From a virus (lineage: Duplodnaviria > Caudoviricetes), in IMG/VR virus record IMGVR_UViG_3300048121_000547, positions 1-56,049 of that record: a DNA stretch of 56,049 nt. The stretch is one strand, 5' to 3'. Below the pieces are notes generated by a model. The model ran no database searches, was not told the origin of the DNA, and saw only the letters and a list, made by a program, of their open reading frames with translations. A program made the position numbers and the translations under genes. Shown here piece by piece: positions 8,271-19,065 of this stretch; positions within the stretch are counted from its first letter, which is position 1, and each line of letters starts with the position of its first letter.

Positions 8271-9815
8271 ATGGCGATTAAAGTAGGCGGCACAGAGGTT
8301 ATCAGCGATAGTCGAGGCTTGAACAACATTGCGTCTGTGGATGCGACTACAGTTGCGTCTCTCAGCGCAGCGGGCGTTGGTGCTGGTGGTGGTAGCTTAG
8401 ACGCAATTGCGTCTGGAACCATTTCCACAGGAGATACCATAATCATAAATTCTAATGGAACGGTATCGGCTGTTGGCATAGCTGGAACTTCTTTTTCATA
8501 CGGTTCAACTACAAATTACTATAACACAGAACCTGCGTTCTATGCAGTAGCTGCCTTTGATAGTGGGTCAAATAAAGTTGTCGTAGCTTACCGTAACGAT
8601 ACTCAATACCCAATGGCTGTTGTAGGTAACGTATCTGGAACATCAATTAGCTTCGGTACACCCGTCACTTTAAACTCAGTAGCTGCTAATGCTCAACGTC
8701 CTACATGCGTAGCTTATGACTCAAACAGTAACAAAGTAGTTGTGGGATACGCTGGCTACAACAACGCTTTTAAGGCTAAAGTTGGTACAGTCAGCGGAAC
8801 GTCTATATCTTTTGGGTCAGATACTAATATAAATGGTAATTACTCTGGTTATGATACCGTTGGTGTCTTTGACAGCAACAGAAACAAGGTTGTTTTTGCA
8901 AGTAGAAACATAAATAATAGTACATCCCTAGACGTTTGCATAGGTACGGTAAGTGGAACTAGCGTATCTTGGACAAGCCCTTATAGTGTAGACTCTTCAA
9001 CAGAGTCTTACTCAATGGTCTTTGATAGTAGCACTAATAAAACTGTTATCACTTTTAAGAAGTCTCAAACTGCCGCAGCCGTAGTTGGATTTGTTAATTC
9101 ATCGGGTAGTTGGACTGTGGGTAGTGTTTACACACTAAAGTCATCAGGTGCTGCTGGGGGGTTTACTGCCTCTGCATTTAATACTGCCGCAAACAAAATT
9201 GTTCATGTTTATACTGCTGGAAGTATCACTTATGCGAGGGTTGGTACAACTAATAGTTCAGATAACTCAATCAGTTTTGGAACTGAGAAGGTGATATACA
9301 ATGTAGGTACACTTTACGATTTAGCGGCGGATTATTCTGTAGAGTATGACAGGGTTATTGTTTCTGCGAGAAAAATAGTTGATGGTACGTCTTCTGTTAC
9401 ATACATACCCTTAGAGGTGTCAGGAACAGACATTATAGTTGGCTCAAGTGGAGGCTTGCCTACAGCATCAGGTAGTAATGGTGGCATAGTATACGATGCT
9501 AACGCTGAAAAAATGGTCAGCTTTTATACAAACTCTTCAACAAACAGAGGTGATGCTACGGTTATTGATGGCGGTGACGCAGCAACGAATCTTAGTTTAA
9601 CTAACTTTATAGGGTTTTCAGATAGTAACTATTCCAATTCTCAAACTGCATCAGTTCAATTAGTGAGTGCCGTTAATGAGAACCAATCTGGCCTAACCGC
9701 TACCAAAAAGTATTATGTAATGGCTGATGGTTCACTCGCTGAAACCGATCCAGATTTAAGAGATATATACGCTGGAACCGCTGTTAGCGCAACGAAAATT
9801 ATCGTAAAGGGATAA
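8271..9815 (+). CDS. Tail fibre / receptor-binding protein 2 with beta-propeller-like repeats
   Basis: 514 aa; repeated (F/Y)DSxxNKVV..GTVSGTSISFG units; visibly AT-richer than neighbours. Confidence 0.75.
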   Translation: MAIKVGGTEVISDSRGLNNIASVDATTVASLSAAGVGAGGGSLDAIASGTISTGDTIIINSNGTVSAVGIAGTSFSYGSTTNYYNTEPAFYAVAAFDSGSNKVVVAYRNDTQYPMAVVGNVSGTSISFGTPVTLNSVAANAQRPTCVAYDSNSNKVVVGYAGYNNAFKAKVGTVSGTSISFGSDTNINGNYSGYDTVGVFDSNRNKVVFASRNINNSTSLDVCIGTVSGTSVSWTSPYSVDSSTESYSMVFDSSTNKTVITFKKSQTAAAVVGFVNSSGSWTVGSVYTLKSSGAAGGFTASAFNTAANKIVHVYTAGSITYARVGTTNSSDNSISFGTEKVIYNVGTLYDLAADYSVEYDRVIVSARKIVDGTSSVTYIPLEVSGTDIIVGSSGGLPTASGSNGGIVYDANAEKMVSFYTNSSTNRGDATVIDGGDAATNLSLTNFIGFSDSNYSNSQTASVQLVSAVNENQSGLTATKKYYVMADGSLAETDPDLRDIYAGTAVSATKIIVKG

Positions 9816-9818
9816 CCC

Positions 9819-9841
9819 AATGACCAAAGCAAGAGACTTAG
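9819..9841 (+). repeat. 23-bp direct repeat, copy 1
   Basis: AATGACCAAAGCAAGAGACTTAG, also at 11972-11994. Confidence 0.9.
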
Positions 9842-11973
9842 GAGATTTTATCTCAGACGGTACGATAGCCGAGACAGTCACGGCTGACGGTCTAAATCTT
9901 GGTGACAACGAGAAAGCCATCTTCGGCGCATCGTCAGATCTCCAGATTTTCCATAATGCTACTGACAGTATAATTGCTGACACAGGTGATGGGGAGTTAA
10001 GGCTACGGACGAACGGCGCAGGTGTGCGTTTGCAAAGCACCTCTGATGAAAACCTTGCCAATTTTGCAATCAATGGTGCAGTAACACTCTACCACAACAA
10101 TGCAGCCAAACTCGCCACCACCAGCACAGGCGTAAATGTCACAGGCACAATAGCCGTGAGCGGTGATTTCAACGCGACGAGCGGTACGTTCACGGTACAG
10201 TCGAACGGCACGGACATCTTGAACGTGACGAGTACGTTGATGTCTCCGCAGACGGACGGTGCGATTTCGATTGGTTCGGCAAGCAACGCCTTTAACGACC
10301 TTCACCTTGATGGCAGTGTGTACGCAGAATTAATTCGCAATAACGATGATACGGATACTTATATTCAATGGCCCGGAAGTAACACCCTTGCGTTTAATAC
10401 TGGCGGCTCAGAACGCATGCGCATCGGCTCCTCTGGTCAGATTGGTTTAAGTGGCGCAAACTACGGTACATCTGGACAAGTTCTAACATCTAGCGGCTCT
10501 GGTGGTGCGCCTGCTTGGGCTGATGCTGGGGGAGGCGGTGGTAGCTTTGACATGACCGCAACTGGTTCTATTACAGCGGGTAAGGTAGTAGCCCTAAACT
10601 CTAATGGCACAGTCTCTACGGTAGTTAATCAGGCGGGTGACCCAGCAACTCCCTTAAGTTCGGGTGTAAATGCCGCAGTTAAAGAACTTAATCTATTTCC
10701 CAGTCATGCTGTTGATGATGCACGGCAAAGAGTTGTCAGAGTTTACCTAGATAATGATAATAGCAATTATGGGACAGCGGTATGTGGTCAAATAAACAGT
10801 GATGGCAGTATTTCTTGGGGTACTCCTTTAGTATTCTATGGAGGCTCATTAGACTGCAATCTTGTTGTTACTTATCACGTTGACAGCAATCTAGATTATT
10901 ATGTTTTTTACAAGAGGCCCGGTAGTAACGAACCTAGAATCGGTAGAATTAGAAACACATCAGGTACTACTCTCAATAATATTAGTACTATCGGTAATCC
11001 CGGCAACTATGGTGTTTGCTCCGCAGAAGGTTTTTCGTCAGTATATGATCCAGACTCCCAGAGAGTCGTGTTTGCTTGGTATAGCACACAAGATGCCAAG
11101 GGATGTGTTGCTGCCGTTGATGGGGGCAGTGTTACGGGTAGTGCTCAGTTTACGTCTAATGATTGGGCGCAGTACGCCGACATGACGTATGACACTACAA
11201 ACAATAAATGCGTTCACCTAAGGCAATACAACAATGTTAGTGATGCTAGGGCTTTAGTTATCACTGTTGGCGCAAGTTCTGTTAGCGTTGGTAGTGAAGT
11301 CAATACTGGAGCACAGGGCGGTAGTATGCCTAGATGTACATTTGATCCTGACTCAGGAAAAGTAATTCTAGTGGGAGGCTATCCCAGTCAAGCTACTAAA
11401 ACTTACTACGGTATGGGTACGGTTAGTGGTACTTCTTCTTCTTGGACAAACGGGGTTGTAAATTCTACAGGTATGACGGACGGACAAGGGGAGTACGATA
11501 TAACCTACGACACAGGTGCGGATAAACTTGTAATGAGTTATAGAAAGGATGGTACAAACGCAACGTATATGCGTTTAGGAACAGTATCAGGCAGTAGTCT
11601 TACCTTTGGCTCAGAGGTTCAAATACAAACTCAACAGCCCTCTTTTATGCGAATAGATTACCTACCTACCTCTGGCGTATCAGTTATGACTTGCAGTGGA
11701 AACTCCCCAACTAGAGTACTAGCAAGTGCTGTAGTCACAGTAGTCGCATCTACTAACCCCAATTGGTTTGGGATAGCAGACGAAAGCATATCCAGCGGTT
11801 CAGCGGGTAAGATTACACACATCGGCGGGATTAACGAAAGTGTCTCTGGCTTAACAGCGGGGACAACGTATTACGCAGATAAGGTGGGCGGGTTAAGTGC
11901 CACAGACACAGGTTACAAAGTGGGCAAGGCTCTCTCAGCAACCAAGCTCCTTATCACAGAAGGTAATGCGTAA
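9820..11973 (+). CDS. Tail fibre / receptor-binding protein 3
   Basis: 717 aa starting MTKARDL; shares a shaft segment with fibre 1 and propeller-like repeats with fibre 2. Confidence 0.78.
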   Translation: MTKARDLGDFISDGTIAETVTADGLNLGDNEKAIFGASSDLQIFHNATDSIIADTGDGELRLRTNGAGVRLQSTSDENLANFAINGAVTLYHNNAAKLATTSTGVNVTGTIAVSGDFNATSGTFTVQSNGTDILNVTSTLMSPQTDGAISIGSASNAFNDLHLDGSVYAELIRNNDDTDTYIQWPGSNTLAFNTGGSERMRIGSSGQIGLSGANYGTSGQVLTSSGSGGAPAWADAGGGGGSFDMTATGSITAGKVVALNSNGTVSTVVNQAGDPATPLSSGVNAAVKELNLFPSHAVDDARQRVVRVYLDNDNSNYGTAVCGQINSDGSISWGTPLVFYGGSLDCNLVVTYHVDSNLDYYVFYKRPGSNEPRIGRIRNTSGTTLNNISTIGNPGNYGVCSAEGFSSVYDPDSQRVVFAWYSTQDAKGCVAAVDGGSVTGSAQFTSNDWAQYADMTYDTTNNKCVHLRQYNNVSDARALVITVGASSVSVGSEVNTGAQGGSMPRCTFDPDSGKVILVGGYPSQATKTYYGMGTVSGTSSSWTNGVVNSTGMTDGQGEYDITYDTGADKLVMSYRKDGTNATYMRLGTVSGSSLTFGSEVQIQTQQPSFMRIDYLPTSGVSVMTCSGNSPTRVLASAVVTVVASTNPNWFGIADESISSGSAGKITHIGGINESVSGLTAGTTYYADKVGGLSATDTGYKVGKALSATKLLITEGNA

Positions 11974-12005
11974 TGACCAAAGCAAGAGACTTAGCTAGGA
12001 GATAA
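11973..12005 (+). pseudogene. Remnant tail-fibre gene start (MTKARDLARR*), carrying direct repeat copy 2
   Basis: Exact copy of the first 22 nt of CDS 9820, followed by an early stop. Confidence 0.65.
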
Positions 12006-12008
12006 CCC

Positions 12009-12716
12009 ATGTTTTTCGGCTCAGTTGCCATTGCTCAAGTCCCGATAGGCGATGATGCGTCAGTAACTCGCGTGGGGGTTACGGGCCTTGTTGGCACGGG
12101 GACCGTGGGCCAAGTGACGCTGGTCACAGACAATAATCTCAATCAAACAGGGCTATCTGCTACAGGCACAGTCGGTTCGGCGGCGGTTAATACTGGCGGC
12201 GGGGTTCTTGTTATCGCGGGTGGCAGTGAGGCTACTTCTGCGGTCGGAACTGTACAGGCTATCATTAACGTACAGCCTGTTATTACGGGCATAGCCGCTA
12301 CGGCCGATGTCGGCGATGTAACGGTCAAAGCAAATGCTCTGGTTAATCTCACTGGGGTGGCGGGAACAGCTTCTGTTGGAACTGTCGGTGTAATTATCAA
12401 TGTCCAGCCCGTTATTGTAGGCCTTTCTGCTAACGGTGCGCTTAATGATGTTGAGGTTATTGGCGATGCGAACGTGCCGCAAACTGGACTGTCCGCCACT
12501 ACAGCGGTGGGTATAGTTTCTCAGCGCACCACGGCGGTTATTCCAATTACATTTGACCCGCAGGCACAGGGTCAATCCGGGTCTGTAACGGTAACAGGCG
12601 GCGCGACTATAAACCTAGTAGGTGTTGAGGGTAGCGGTCGCGTCGGAACTGTGGTAGTTTGGGGTAGAATTATTCCAGACGAAGACACAATCTGGACAGA
12701 AATAGTAGCTGCGTAG
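12009..12716 (+). CDS. Val/Gly/Thr-rich virion structural protein
   Basis: 235 aa with repeated TG(L/V)xATxxVGxVxV units. Confidence 0.7.
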   Translation: MFFGSVAIAQVPIGDDASVTRVGVTGLVGTGTVGQVTLVTDNNLNQTGLSATGTVGSAAVNTGGGVLVIAGGSEATSAVGTVQAIINVQPVITGIAATADVGDVTVKANALVNLTGVAGTASVGTVGVIINVQPVIVGLSANGALNDVEVIGDANVPQTGLSATTAVGIVSQRTTAVIPITFDPQAQGQSGSVTVTGGATINLVGVEGSGRVGTVVVWGRIIPDEDTIWTEIVAA

Positions 12717-12724
12717 GGAACGAC

Positions 12725-13444
12725 ATGCCAAGTACATATGCAACGAACAGCGGTATAGAGCTTATCAGAAACGGTGAGCAGTCGGGTACTTGGGGTACAA
12801 CGACTAATAACAACTTGAACATTGTAGACCGCCTTACTAACGGAATAGGTACGATTAACCTATCTGGTTCTGGCGCGGCACACACTCTTTTGACTTCTGA
12901 TGGATCGTTATCTGACGGGCAGTACAAAACGCTGGTATTAAGTGGAGCCACCGAGGCTTGCGCAATTACAATATCTCCGAGCGACGGTCAGCACATTTAC
13001 TTTGTGGTAAACGGTTCGGGTCAAAGCTGTACTTTTACGCAGGGTTCTGGCGCGAACGTGACGATTGCTAACGGCACTAATGCCTTTATCTACTCTGACG
13101 GTGCGGGTGCGGGTGCGGCGGTAATAAACCTTACGGACGCTCTAGCAATGAGCAATGTTAAGATTACTGGCGGCTCAGTCACAGGCATTACGGACTTGGC
13201 GGTTTCTGACGGTGGTACGGGTGGCGGTACGGCCTCGGATGCTAGGACTAACCTTGGGCTTGCAATTGGCACAGATGTTTTAGCTTTTGACGCTAACTTA
13301 CAGGCGTTTGTTGCGGCTTTTACTTTACCTACTTCAGACGGCAGTTCAGGGCAGGCCGTTACAACAAATGGGTCAGGAACTCTTGGGTTTTCAGACTTCT
13401 CGTCAACAGGTAAGGCACTCGCCTTCAGCATGATATTCGGATAG
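12725..13444 (+). CDS. Tail structural / short fibre protein
   Basis: 239 aa; GEQSGTWGTTTNNNL N-terminus and GGTG..TAS.ARTNLGL fibre motif. Confidence 0.7.
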   Translation: MPSTYATNSGIELIRNGEQSGTWGTTTNNNLNIVDRLTNGIGTINLSGSGAAHTLLTSDGSLSDGQYKTLVLSGATEACAITISPSDGQHIYFVVNGSGQSCTFTQGSGANVTIANGTNAFIYSDGAGAGAAVINLTDALAMSNVKITGGSVTGITDLAVSDGGTGGGTASDARTNLGLAIGTDVLAFDANLQAFVAAFTLPTSDGSSGQAVTTNGSGTLGFSDFSSTGKALAFSMIFG

Positions 13445-13453
13445 GAGAGCGAC

Positions 13454-13828
13454 ATGGCTGCGCCCAATATAGTCAACATTACAAGCATGATTGGCAAGAC
13501 AGACACTACAAGTCTTACAACCACAAGTGCAACAAACCTTCTAAATAACGCGGCATCTTCTGGGAAAGTGCTGCGAGTTACATTAATTCGAGCGGTCAAC
13601 ACCGACGGCTCGAACGCCGCGAACATTAGCGTAGGTTTGTACAGTGCGGCATCTTTGGGCGGCGCTCAGACCGAGCTTATTCAGGCCAAGGCGGTTGCCG
13701 TTAATACTAACTTAGACGTAGTTACAAAAGACACCCCACTTTACTTGGAGGAAGATACTTCGCTTGGTGCAACGGCTTCGGCTGCTAACGACATCAAAAT
13801 GATTGTAACTTATGAAGAGATTTCGTGA
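13454..13828 (+). CDS. Small tail-associated protein
   Basis: 124 aa, MAAPNIVN...YLEE...YEEIS. Confidence 0.7.
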   Translation: MAAPNIVNITSMIGKTDTTSLTTTSATNLLNNAASSGKVLRVTLIRAVNTDGSNAANISVGLYSAASLGGAQTELIQAKAVAVNTNLDVVTKDTPLYLEEDTSLGATASAANDIKMIVTYEEIS

Positions 13829-13831
13829 TAA

Positions 13832-15751
13832 ATGCCGCTGTCAAAGCTACAATTCAAACCGGGGGTAAACCGCGAAGTAACCGCCTACACCAATGAGGGC
13901 GGTTGGTTTGATATTGATTATGTTCGTTTTCAAAAAGGCTTTCCTGAGAAGATAGGCGGATGGCAAAAGCGATCCGCTAATTCATTTCTAGGCACCTGTC
14001 GTGCCTTGCATCCTTGGGTTGCGTTGAATTTAGACCAGTATCTAGGTGTGGGAACCAATCTTAAATACTACATAGATGAAGGCGGTTATTACAACGACAT
14101 CACACCTCTTCGTGTAACTACGTCAGCGGGAAGTGTAACTTTTTCCGCCACAACAGGTTCGTCAGTAATTACGGTATCAGACACGGCTCACGGCGCTGTA
14201 GTTAACGACTTTGTAACATTCAGTGGCGCGGCTAGTCTTGGTGGCAGCATTACGGCAGATGTTTTAAATCAAGAGTACTATGTAACCGAGGTTATTGACG
14301 CTGGCAGCTACACGATTGCAGCCCGTGCCGCAGGTACAAGCATTGCAGACATTACTGTTAACGGTCAGTTGGTTCCTTCTACTGTATCTGCAACAGGGTC
14401 CGACTCGGGTAACGGCGGGTCTTCTGTCATTGGCGCGTATCAAATCAACACAGGTTTGGACATTGATATTTCTGGGGCAGGCTGGGGTGCAGGGACATGG
14501 AGCCGCGGTGCTTGGTCCTCGGCGTCTTCTGACGCGATTGTAACAAACACACTGCGTCTTTGGACGCATGACAACTTTGGCGAAGACCTGCTAATGAACG
14601 TGCGAGATGGCGGTATTTATTACTGGGACCAAACCGGGACGCTTTCTTCTCGCGCCGTAGATATAACCTCTTTAGCGGGTGGTGCGTCAGTTCCTACTGT
14701 AGCAAAACAGATTTTAGTTTCGGATCGTGACAGACACGTTTTGGCTTTTGGCTGCGATACAGAAAGCAACCCCGGCGTACAAGACCCTCTCGCTATTCGG
14801 TTCTCCTCTCAGGAGTCTTTGACCGATTGGCAGACAACTGCGACCAACACCGCGGGTGAACTGCGCCTCGGTTCTGGATCAGAGATTGTAACGGCACTAG
14901 AAACTCGTCAGCAAATCCTTGTTTTTACGGATACTACTCTGTACTCTATGCAGTTTTTAGGTCCCCCATTTACTTTTGGCGTGAACTCTCTTTCTGAAAA
15001 CATTACTATTGCTGGGCCGAACGCGGCTATTGCAGTGGATGACAACGTATTTTGGATGGGACAGTCGGAGTTCTATGTTTACAGCGGTTCGGTTCAAAGA
15101 CTACCGTGCATGGTTCGAGACTTTGTGTTCTCTGACTTGAACGACGGGCAAATGGAGAAAGTTAATGCTGCTCTAAATACCCAACATTCCGAGATATGGT
15201 GGTTCTATCCCTCTTCAAACAGTGATGAAGTAGATAAATACGTTGTGTATAACTATCAAGAACAGGTCTGGTATTACGGCACGTTTGGCCGAACAGCATG
15301 GATTGACCGAGGTATTTTTGATTTTCCGTTTGCTGCGAACGCGGACGGTTTTGTTTACGAACATGAGATTGGTTTTGATGACGGAACAACTGATCCAGTT
15401 TCCGCTATTCCTGCGTATATACAATCTAGCCCCATAGATATTGGAGACGGGGAGCAGTTTATGCTTCTTAGCCGGATGATTCCAGACGTAGATTTTAAAG
15501 CATCCACGGCTATTTTACCCGATGTAAACATCACGCTTGATGTAAAGAATGCCCCGGATGGCACATATAGGCGTTCTCAAACCGATGCGTTTGTAAAAAC
15601 GCAGGCGGCATCTGTGGATGATCGAACAGAACAACTGTACTTCAGACTTCGTGGTCGGCAAATGCGGTTCAAGATTGCTTCTGATGAGTTAGGTGTGGAT
15701 TGGAGACTAGGTTCTCCTCGCATTGATATCCGACCAGATGGGAGGAGGTAA
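13832..15751 (+). CDS. Tail nozzle / packaged-DNA stabilisation protein (tail tubular B-like)
   Basis: 639 aa propeller-like protein; VRF..GFPEKIGGW N-terminus, RLRGRQ...DGRR C-terminus. Confidence 0.7.
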   Translation: MPLSKLQFKPGVNREVTAYTNEGGWFDIDYVRFQKGFPEKIGGWQKRSANSFLGTCRALHPWVALNLDQYLGVGTNLKYYIDEGGYYNDITPLRVTTSAGSVTFSATTGSSVITVSDTAHGAVVNDFVTFSGAASLGGSITADVLNQEYYVTEVIDAGSYTIAARAAGTSIADITVNGQLVPSTVSATGSDSGNGGSSVIGAYQINTGLDIDISGAGWGAGTWSRGAWSSASSDAIVTNTLRLWTHDNFGEDLLMNVRDGGIYYWDQTGTLSSRAVDITSLAGGASVPTVAKQILVSDRDRHVLAFGCDTESNPGVQDPLAIRFSSQESLTDWQTTATNTAGELRLGSGSEIVTALETRQQILVFTDTTLYSMQFLGPPFTFGVNSLSENITIAGPNAAIAVDDNVFWMGQSEFYVYSGSVQRLPCMVRDFVFSDLNDGQMEKVNAALNTQHSEIWWFYPSSNSDEVDKYVVYNYQEQVWYYGTFGRTAWIDRGIFDFPFAANADGFVYEHEIGFDDGTTDPVSAIPAYIQSSPIDIGDGEQFMLLSRMIPDVDFKASTAILPDVNITLDVKNAPDGTYRRSQTDAFVKTQAASVDDRTEQLYFRLRGRQMRFKIASDELGVDWRLGSPRIDIRPDGRR

Positions 15752-16047
15752 TGTCTCGCCGTCTTTCTCGTCCGTACTTTCCGATTCCTCCGACTCAATA
15801 CCAACAGACATATTTTACTGAGGTCATTCGTGCCTTCTCAGTATTTTTGGAACAGGTGCAAAACCCCGGAGATGTTCGTGCTACGGAATTAACATTAACA
15901 GATTTACAGACAGATGATAGCGGTCTTGAAACAGGGGCATTGTTTCAACAGTCAGGGTTTGTTAAGATAGCATTAATCAACACGCCTCATGCTCGTGGTT
16001 CTACAGGAACAAGTGCAGTGGGCACAGTTACGGTGGTTACAACATGA
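15751..16047 (+). CDS. Hypothetical tail-associated protein
   Basis: 98 aa, GGAGG RBS, coupled to the nozzle gene. Confidence 0.7.
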   Translation: MSRRLSRPYFPIPPTQYQQTYFTEVIRAFSVFLEQVQNPGDVRATELTLTDLQTDDSGLETGALFQQSGFVKIALINTPHARGSTGTSAVGTVTVVTT

Positions 16048-16274
16048 GTGATGAACATATTATTGTACTTGGTAACGGGACGCATTGGAAACCTTCGACA
16101 AGCAGGGATTTAATTCACTGCGCATCTTGTGATAATGCGGTCGATACGCCTGAAGAGATTGCGTCTTATCCCGATGGTAACTGCCCTGATTGCGGCAATT
16201 CATGGACCGGGTCAGAAGCTACTGGGGTTAGTATATCGGTAACTGCCCCAGAAGCCATTTCAGGAGAAACATGA
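16044..16274 (+). CDS. Small zinc-ribbon protein
   Basis: 76 aa with CASC and CPDC. Confidence 0.65.
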   Translation: MSDEHIIVLGNGTHWKPSTSRDLIHCASCDNAVDTPEEIASYPDGNCPDCGNSWTGSEATGVSISVTAPEAISGET

Positions 16275-17938
16275 TGGCCGCTGCGCAACAGTACGAAACA
16301 ATTACAATGCCGGATTCTGGTATTGGCAGTTTTATTGCATCAAACATGGACGAGTTTGATGACAACGTTTTGATGTTTGGTCGCGAGTCAGGCATTAACT
16401 CTATGAAGGCTGTTGCGGATCGGATGGCCGCTCAAGGTCGAAATGGCGACAACTATATAATTCACGCCTCTGAAAAGGAGGTTATGGTTCCTCGTGAGGT
16501 AGCAGAAAATAATCCCGAGCTTATGGAGCGGGTTAATCAAGCTATATCTGCCGAGGGGGCCGATCCGGCAGCATATGTTGTTGGTTCAGAATTAAACTCA
16601 ATTAACCCTTACACGGGTCAACGGGAGTTTTTCTTAAAGAAGCTTGTTAAAAAAGTTAAGAACGTACTGAAAAAAGCGGCAAAAGTTATTTTGCCTGTTG
16701 CGATAAACTATTTTCTACCGGGCATTGGCACGATTGCGTCTGCCGCTATTGGTGCAGGTATCGGGGGCCTTGTTCAAGGCGAGAATTTTGGGGATGCGTT
16801 AAAAAGTGCGGCTTTGGGCGGAATAACCGCGGGCGTTGCATCGGGTATTTCCAGTTATTCTAGCGGCGGCACGTTTATGGAGGGCGTAAAAGGCGGTCTT
16901 CCAGCAAATTATAGCGGCTCGGGCTTAAAGGGAGCTTTGCCTAGTGGAACTGACTTTGATTTTCGCGGAACCAAAGCTCCGGGGTTCTTTGAACCCATGA
17001 AAACAGGTTTTGCCGGAACCCAAAAATATGCTGACATGGTGAGAGACAGTGCCGCTGCCGCTGCCGCTGCATCCAGTTTTGATGAGGCGGCGCGTGTGGA
17101 ACAGCTTGTAAATAGTGGTCTAACTCCCTCCACCGCGGCTGAGATCGCCAAAAAAGAAGCTGTGGCGGGCATTACCGCGGCAGGAAAATCAAGCGCCCTC
17201 GGCACGGCCGTTAAGTACGGGCTTCCAACACTCCTCGCCGCTGGAGCGGGGGGAGCTTTTGATCCGATCCCTGCCGAAGAGATTGACTTGTCCGGTTATG
17301 GTATAGACGTAGCCGACACCTCTGAGACTCGACTTGCTGAGGACCCCGGAAAATATAGCACTGGAGTTCCAACTCGGAGTCCCGGTTACATATCACCGTC
17401 TAACGCAATTTACTCTGGTCAACCTTTGACCACGGCGGCGTATCTTCCAAACCAAGGCTCATATAATCCTATCGTTCCGTCTAACACCTACGCAGCCTTA
17501 ACCGATCAAAACGCGGGAACAATGGTTCCAAGTGGCGGTGGTTCTTCAACTTATGTCCCACCTTCCCCGGTTAACATTCCCGGATACGACCCAACAGTAA
17601 CGGGTATGCGTCCTGCTCCGTTGTACGGCGTAGATCAATTTGGCAACCCGGTATATTCGCCTTACGCTGATCCGATAATGCCTGCACAATATGCTTCTAC
17701 GGCCCCAATTACTCCCGTAAACGCTGCAAGAGGTGGCGCGATGGACTTTCCGCGGCGCACGGGCCAGATAGAAGGCCCCGGCACAGAGACTTCTGACGAC
17801 ATTCCCGCGATGCTTTCTGACGGGGAGTTTGTTATGACCGCGCAGGCCGTTAGAAATGCGGGTCAAGGCGACCGTCAAAAAGGTTTCAGGAAGATGTACG
17901 ATATAATGCGGGCATATGAAGGAGGGGCGGTAGCATAA
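16271..17938 (+). CDS. Internal virion (ejection) protein
   Basis: 555 aa; glycine-zipper hydrophobic segment; C-terminal GPGTETSDDIPAMLSDGEFV motif also seen in tape-measure/pilot proteins. Confidence 0.65.
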   Translation: MMAAAQQYETITMPDSGIGSFIASNMDEFDDNVLMFGRESGINSMKAVADRMAAQGRNGDNYIIHASEKEVMVPREVAENNPELMERVNQAISAEGADPAAYVVGSELNSINPYTGQREFFLKKLVKKVKNVLKKAAKVILPVAINYFLPGIGTIASAAIGAGIGGLVQGENFGDALKSAALGGITAGVASGISSYSSGGTFMEGVKGGLPANYSGSGLKGALPSGTDFDFRGTKAPGFFEPMKTGFAGTQKYADMVRDSAAAAAAASSFDEAARVEQLVNSGLTPSTAAEIAKKEAVAGITAAGKSSALGTAVKYGLPTLLAAGAGGAFDPIPAEEIDLSGYGIDVADTSETRLAEDPGKYSTGVPTRSPGYISPSNAIYSGQPLTTAAYLPNQGSYNPIVPSNTYAALTDQNAGTMVPSGGGSSTYVPPSPVNIPGYDPTVTGMRPAPLYGVDQFGNPVYSPYADPIMPAQYASTAPITPVNAARGGAMDFPRRTGQIEGPGTETSDDIPAMLSDGEFVMTAQAVRNAGQGDRQKGFRKMYDIMRAYEGGAVA

Positions 17939-19065
17939 TGGCTGAAGAAGTTGTCCAGATAAGCAGACAGGACCCTGCTATTGAAGCCTACCGTTTAGGG
18001 CTTTTAGGTGATGTTCAAACATACATCAAAGATCAGATTGCGGCAGGAATGCCCGCGGAAACAGCGTATCAGGTTGCGGGTTTAACCGCTCCGGAGACGG
18101 CGGCTATTCAAGCGGCGGGTTCGGGCATCGGTGCTTACCAGCCTTTTTTGCAAGCGGGTGAAGCCGCTATTCAGGGTGGTCAAAACATTCTGACGGGCTC
18201 TGCAATGCCTTCTTTGCAGCAAGCTGAAACAACTACAGGCGCTTCTCAAGACATTATCAACCAAGCGGCGCAACTTGCTGGTGCGCAACGGGCTGTTCCT
18301 TACACATATCAACAGGCGGCGGCACAGACCGCGGCAGGAATAGGCGGCTTTAATCCTTTTGAAGAGCAGGTTGTTCAAAGGTCTCTTGATGATGTTGCTC
18401 GTCAGGCGGGAATACAGCAACAAGGGATTCGGGCTCAAGCCGTTGGCTCTGGAGCTTTTGGCGGTTCGCGTCAAGCGGTTGCCGAGCAAGAACTTTTCCG
18501 CAACGCTTTAGATCAAATGGGTCGAACATCGGGTCAGTTGCGTCAAGCAGGCTTTGATGCTTCTATGGCGCGTCGTCTTCAAGAAGCTCAGTTATACGGA
18601 AACCTCGGGGTTCAGTACGGTCAGCTAGGTCAGCAAGACGTTTCACAACTTGGTGATTTAGCCAAGACGCAGATGCAGCTTGGTCAGGGCCTCGGATCGT
18701 TGTCCGCGCAATACGGTCAGTTTGGTTCGGCATTGGGTCAGCTGGGCGTTCAACAGGCAGGCATTGGCGAGATCGGCCAGAACATTCGTGGGTCTCAGAT
18801 TCAAAACGCTCTTACCGCGGGCGGACTACAGCGCGGCATCGATCAGTCGGCGCTTGACGCGACTCGCCTTACAAATGTTCAGGCACAACAGTATCCGTAT
18901 CAACAGTATGGCTTCTTGTCAGACATTTATGCGGGTATACCGACTTCACAATCTACAATTACAGCATCTTCTGCACCTCAAGTCTCGCCTTTCCAAACGG
19001 CTCTGGGCTTGGGTATCTCAGGACTTAGCGCCGCGGCGGGCGCATCAAAAGCGGGGTTATTCTAA
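17938..19065 (+). CDS. Gln/Gly/Ala-rich internal virion (DNA pilot-like) protein
   Basis: 375 aa with GAFGGSRQAV motif and hydrophobic C-terminus. Confidence 0.7.
   Translation: MAEEVVQISRQDPAIEAYRLGLLGDVQTYIKDQIAAGMPAETAYQVAGLTAPETAAIQAAGSGIGAYQPFLQAGEAAIQGGQNILTGSAMPSLQQAETTTGASQDIINQAAQLAGAQRAVPYTYQQAAAQTAAGIGGFNPFEEQVVQRSLDDVARQAGIQQQGIRAQAVGSGAFGGSRQAVAEQELFRNALDQMGRTSGQLRQAGFDASMARRLQEAQLYGNLGVQYGQLGQQDVSQLGDLAKTQMQLGQGLGSLSAQYGQFGSALGQLGVQQAGIGEIGQNIRGSQIQNALTAGGLQRGIDQSALDATRLTNVQAQQYPYQQYGFLSDIYAGIPTSQSTITASSAPQVSPFQTALGLGISGLSAAAGASKAGLF

Noticed and set aside
8271-11973. Diversity-generating retroelement acting on tail fibres
   Set aside because: No reverse transcriptase and no TR/VR pair with adenine-specific mismatches seen
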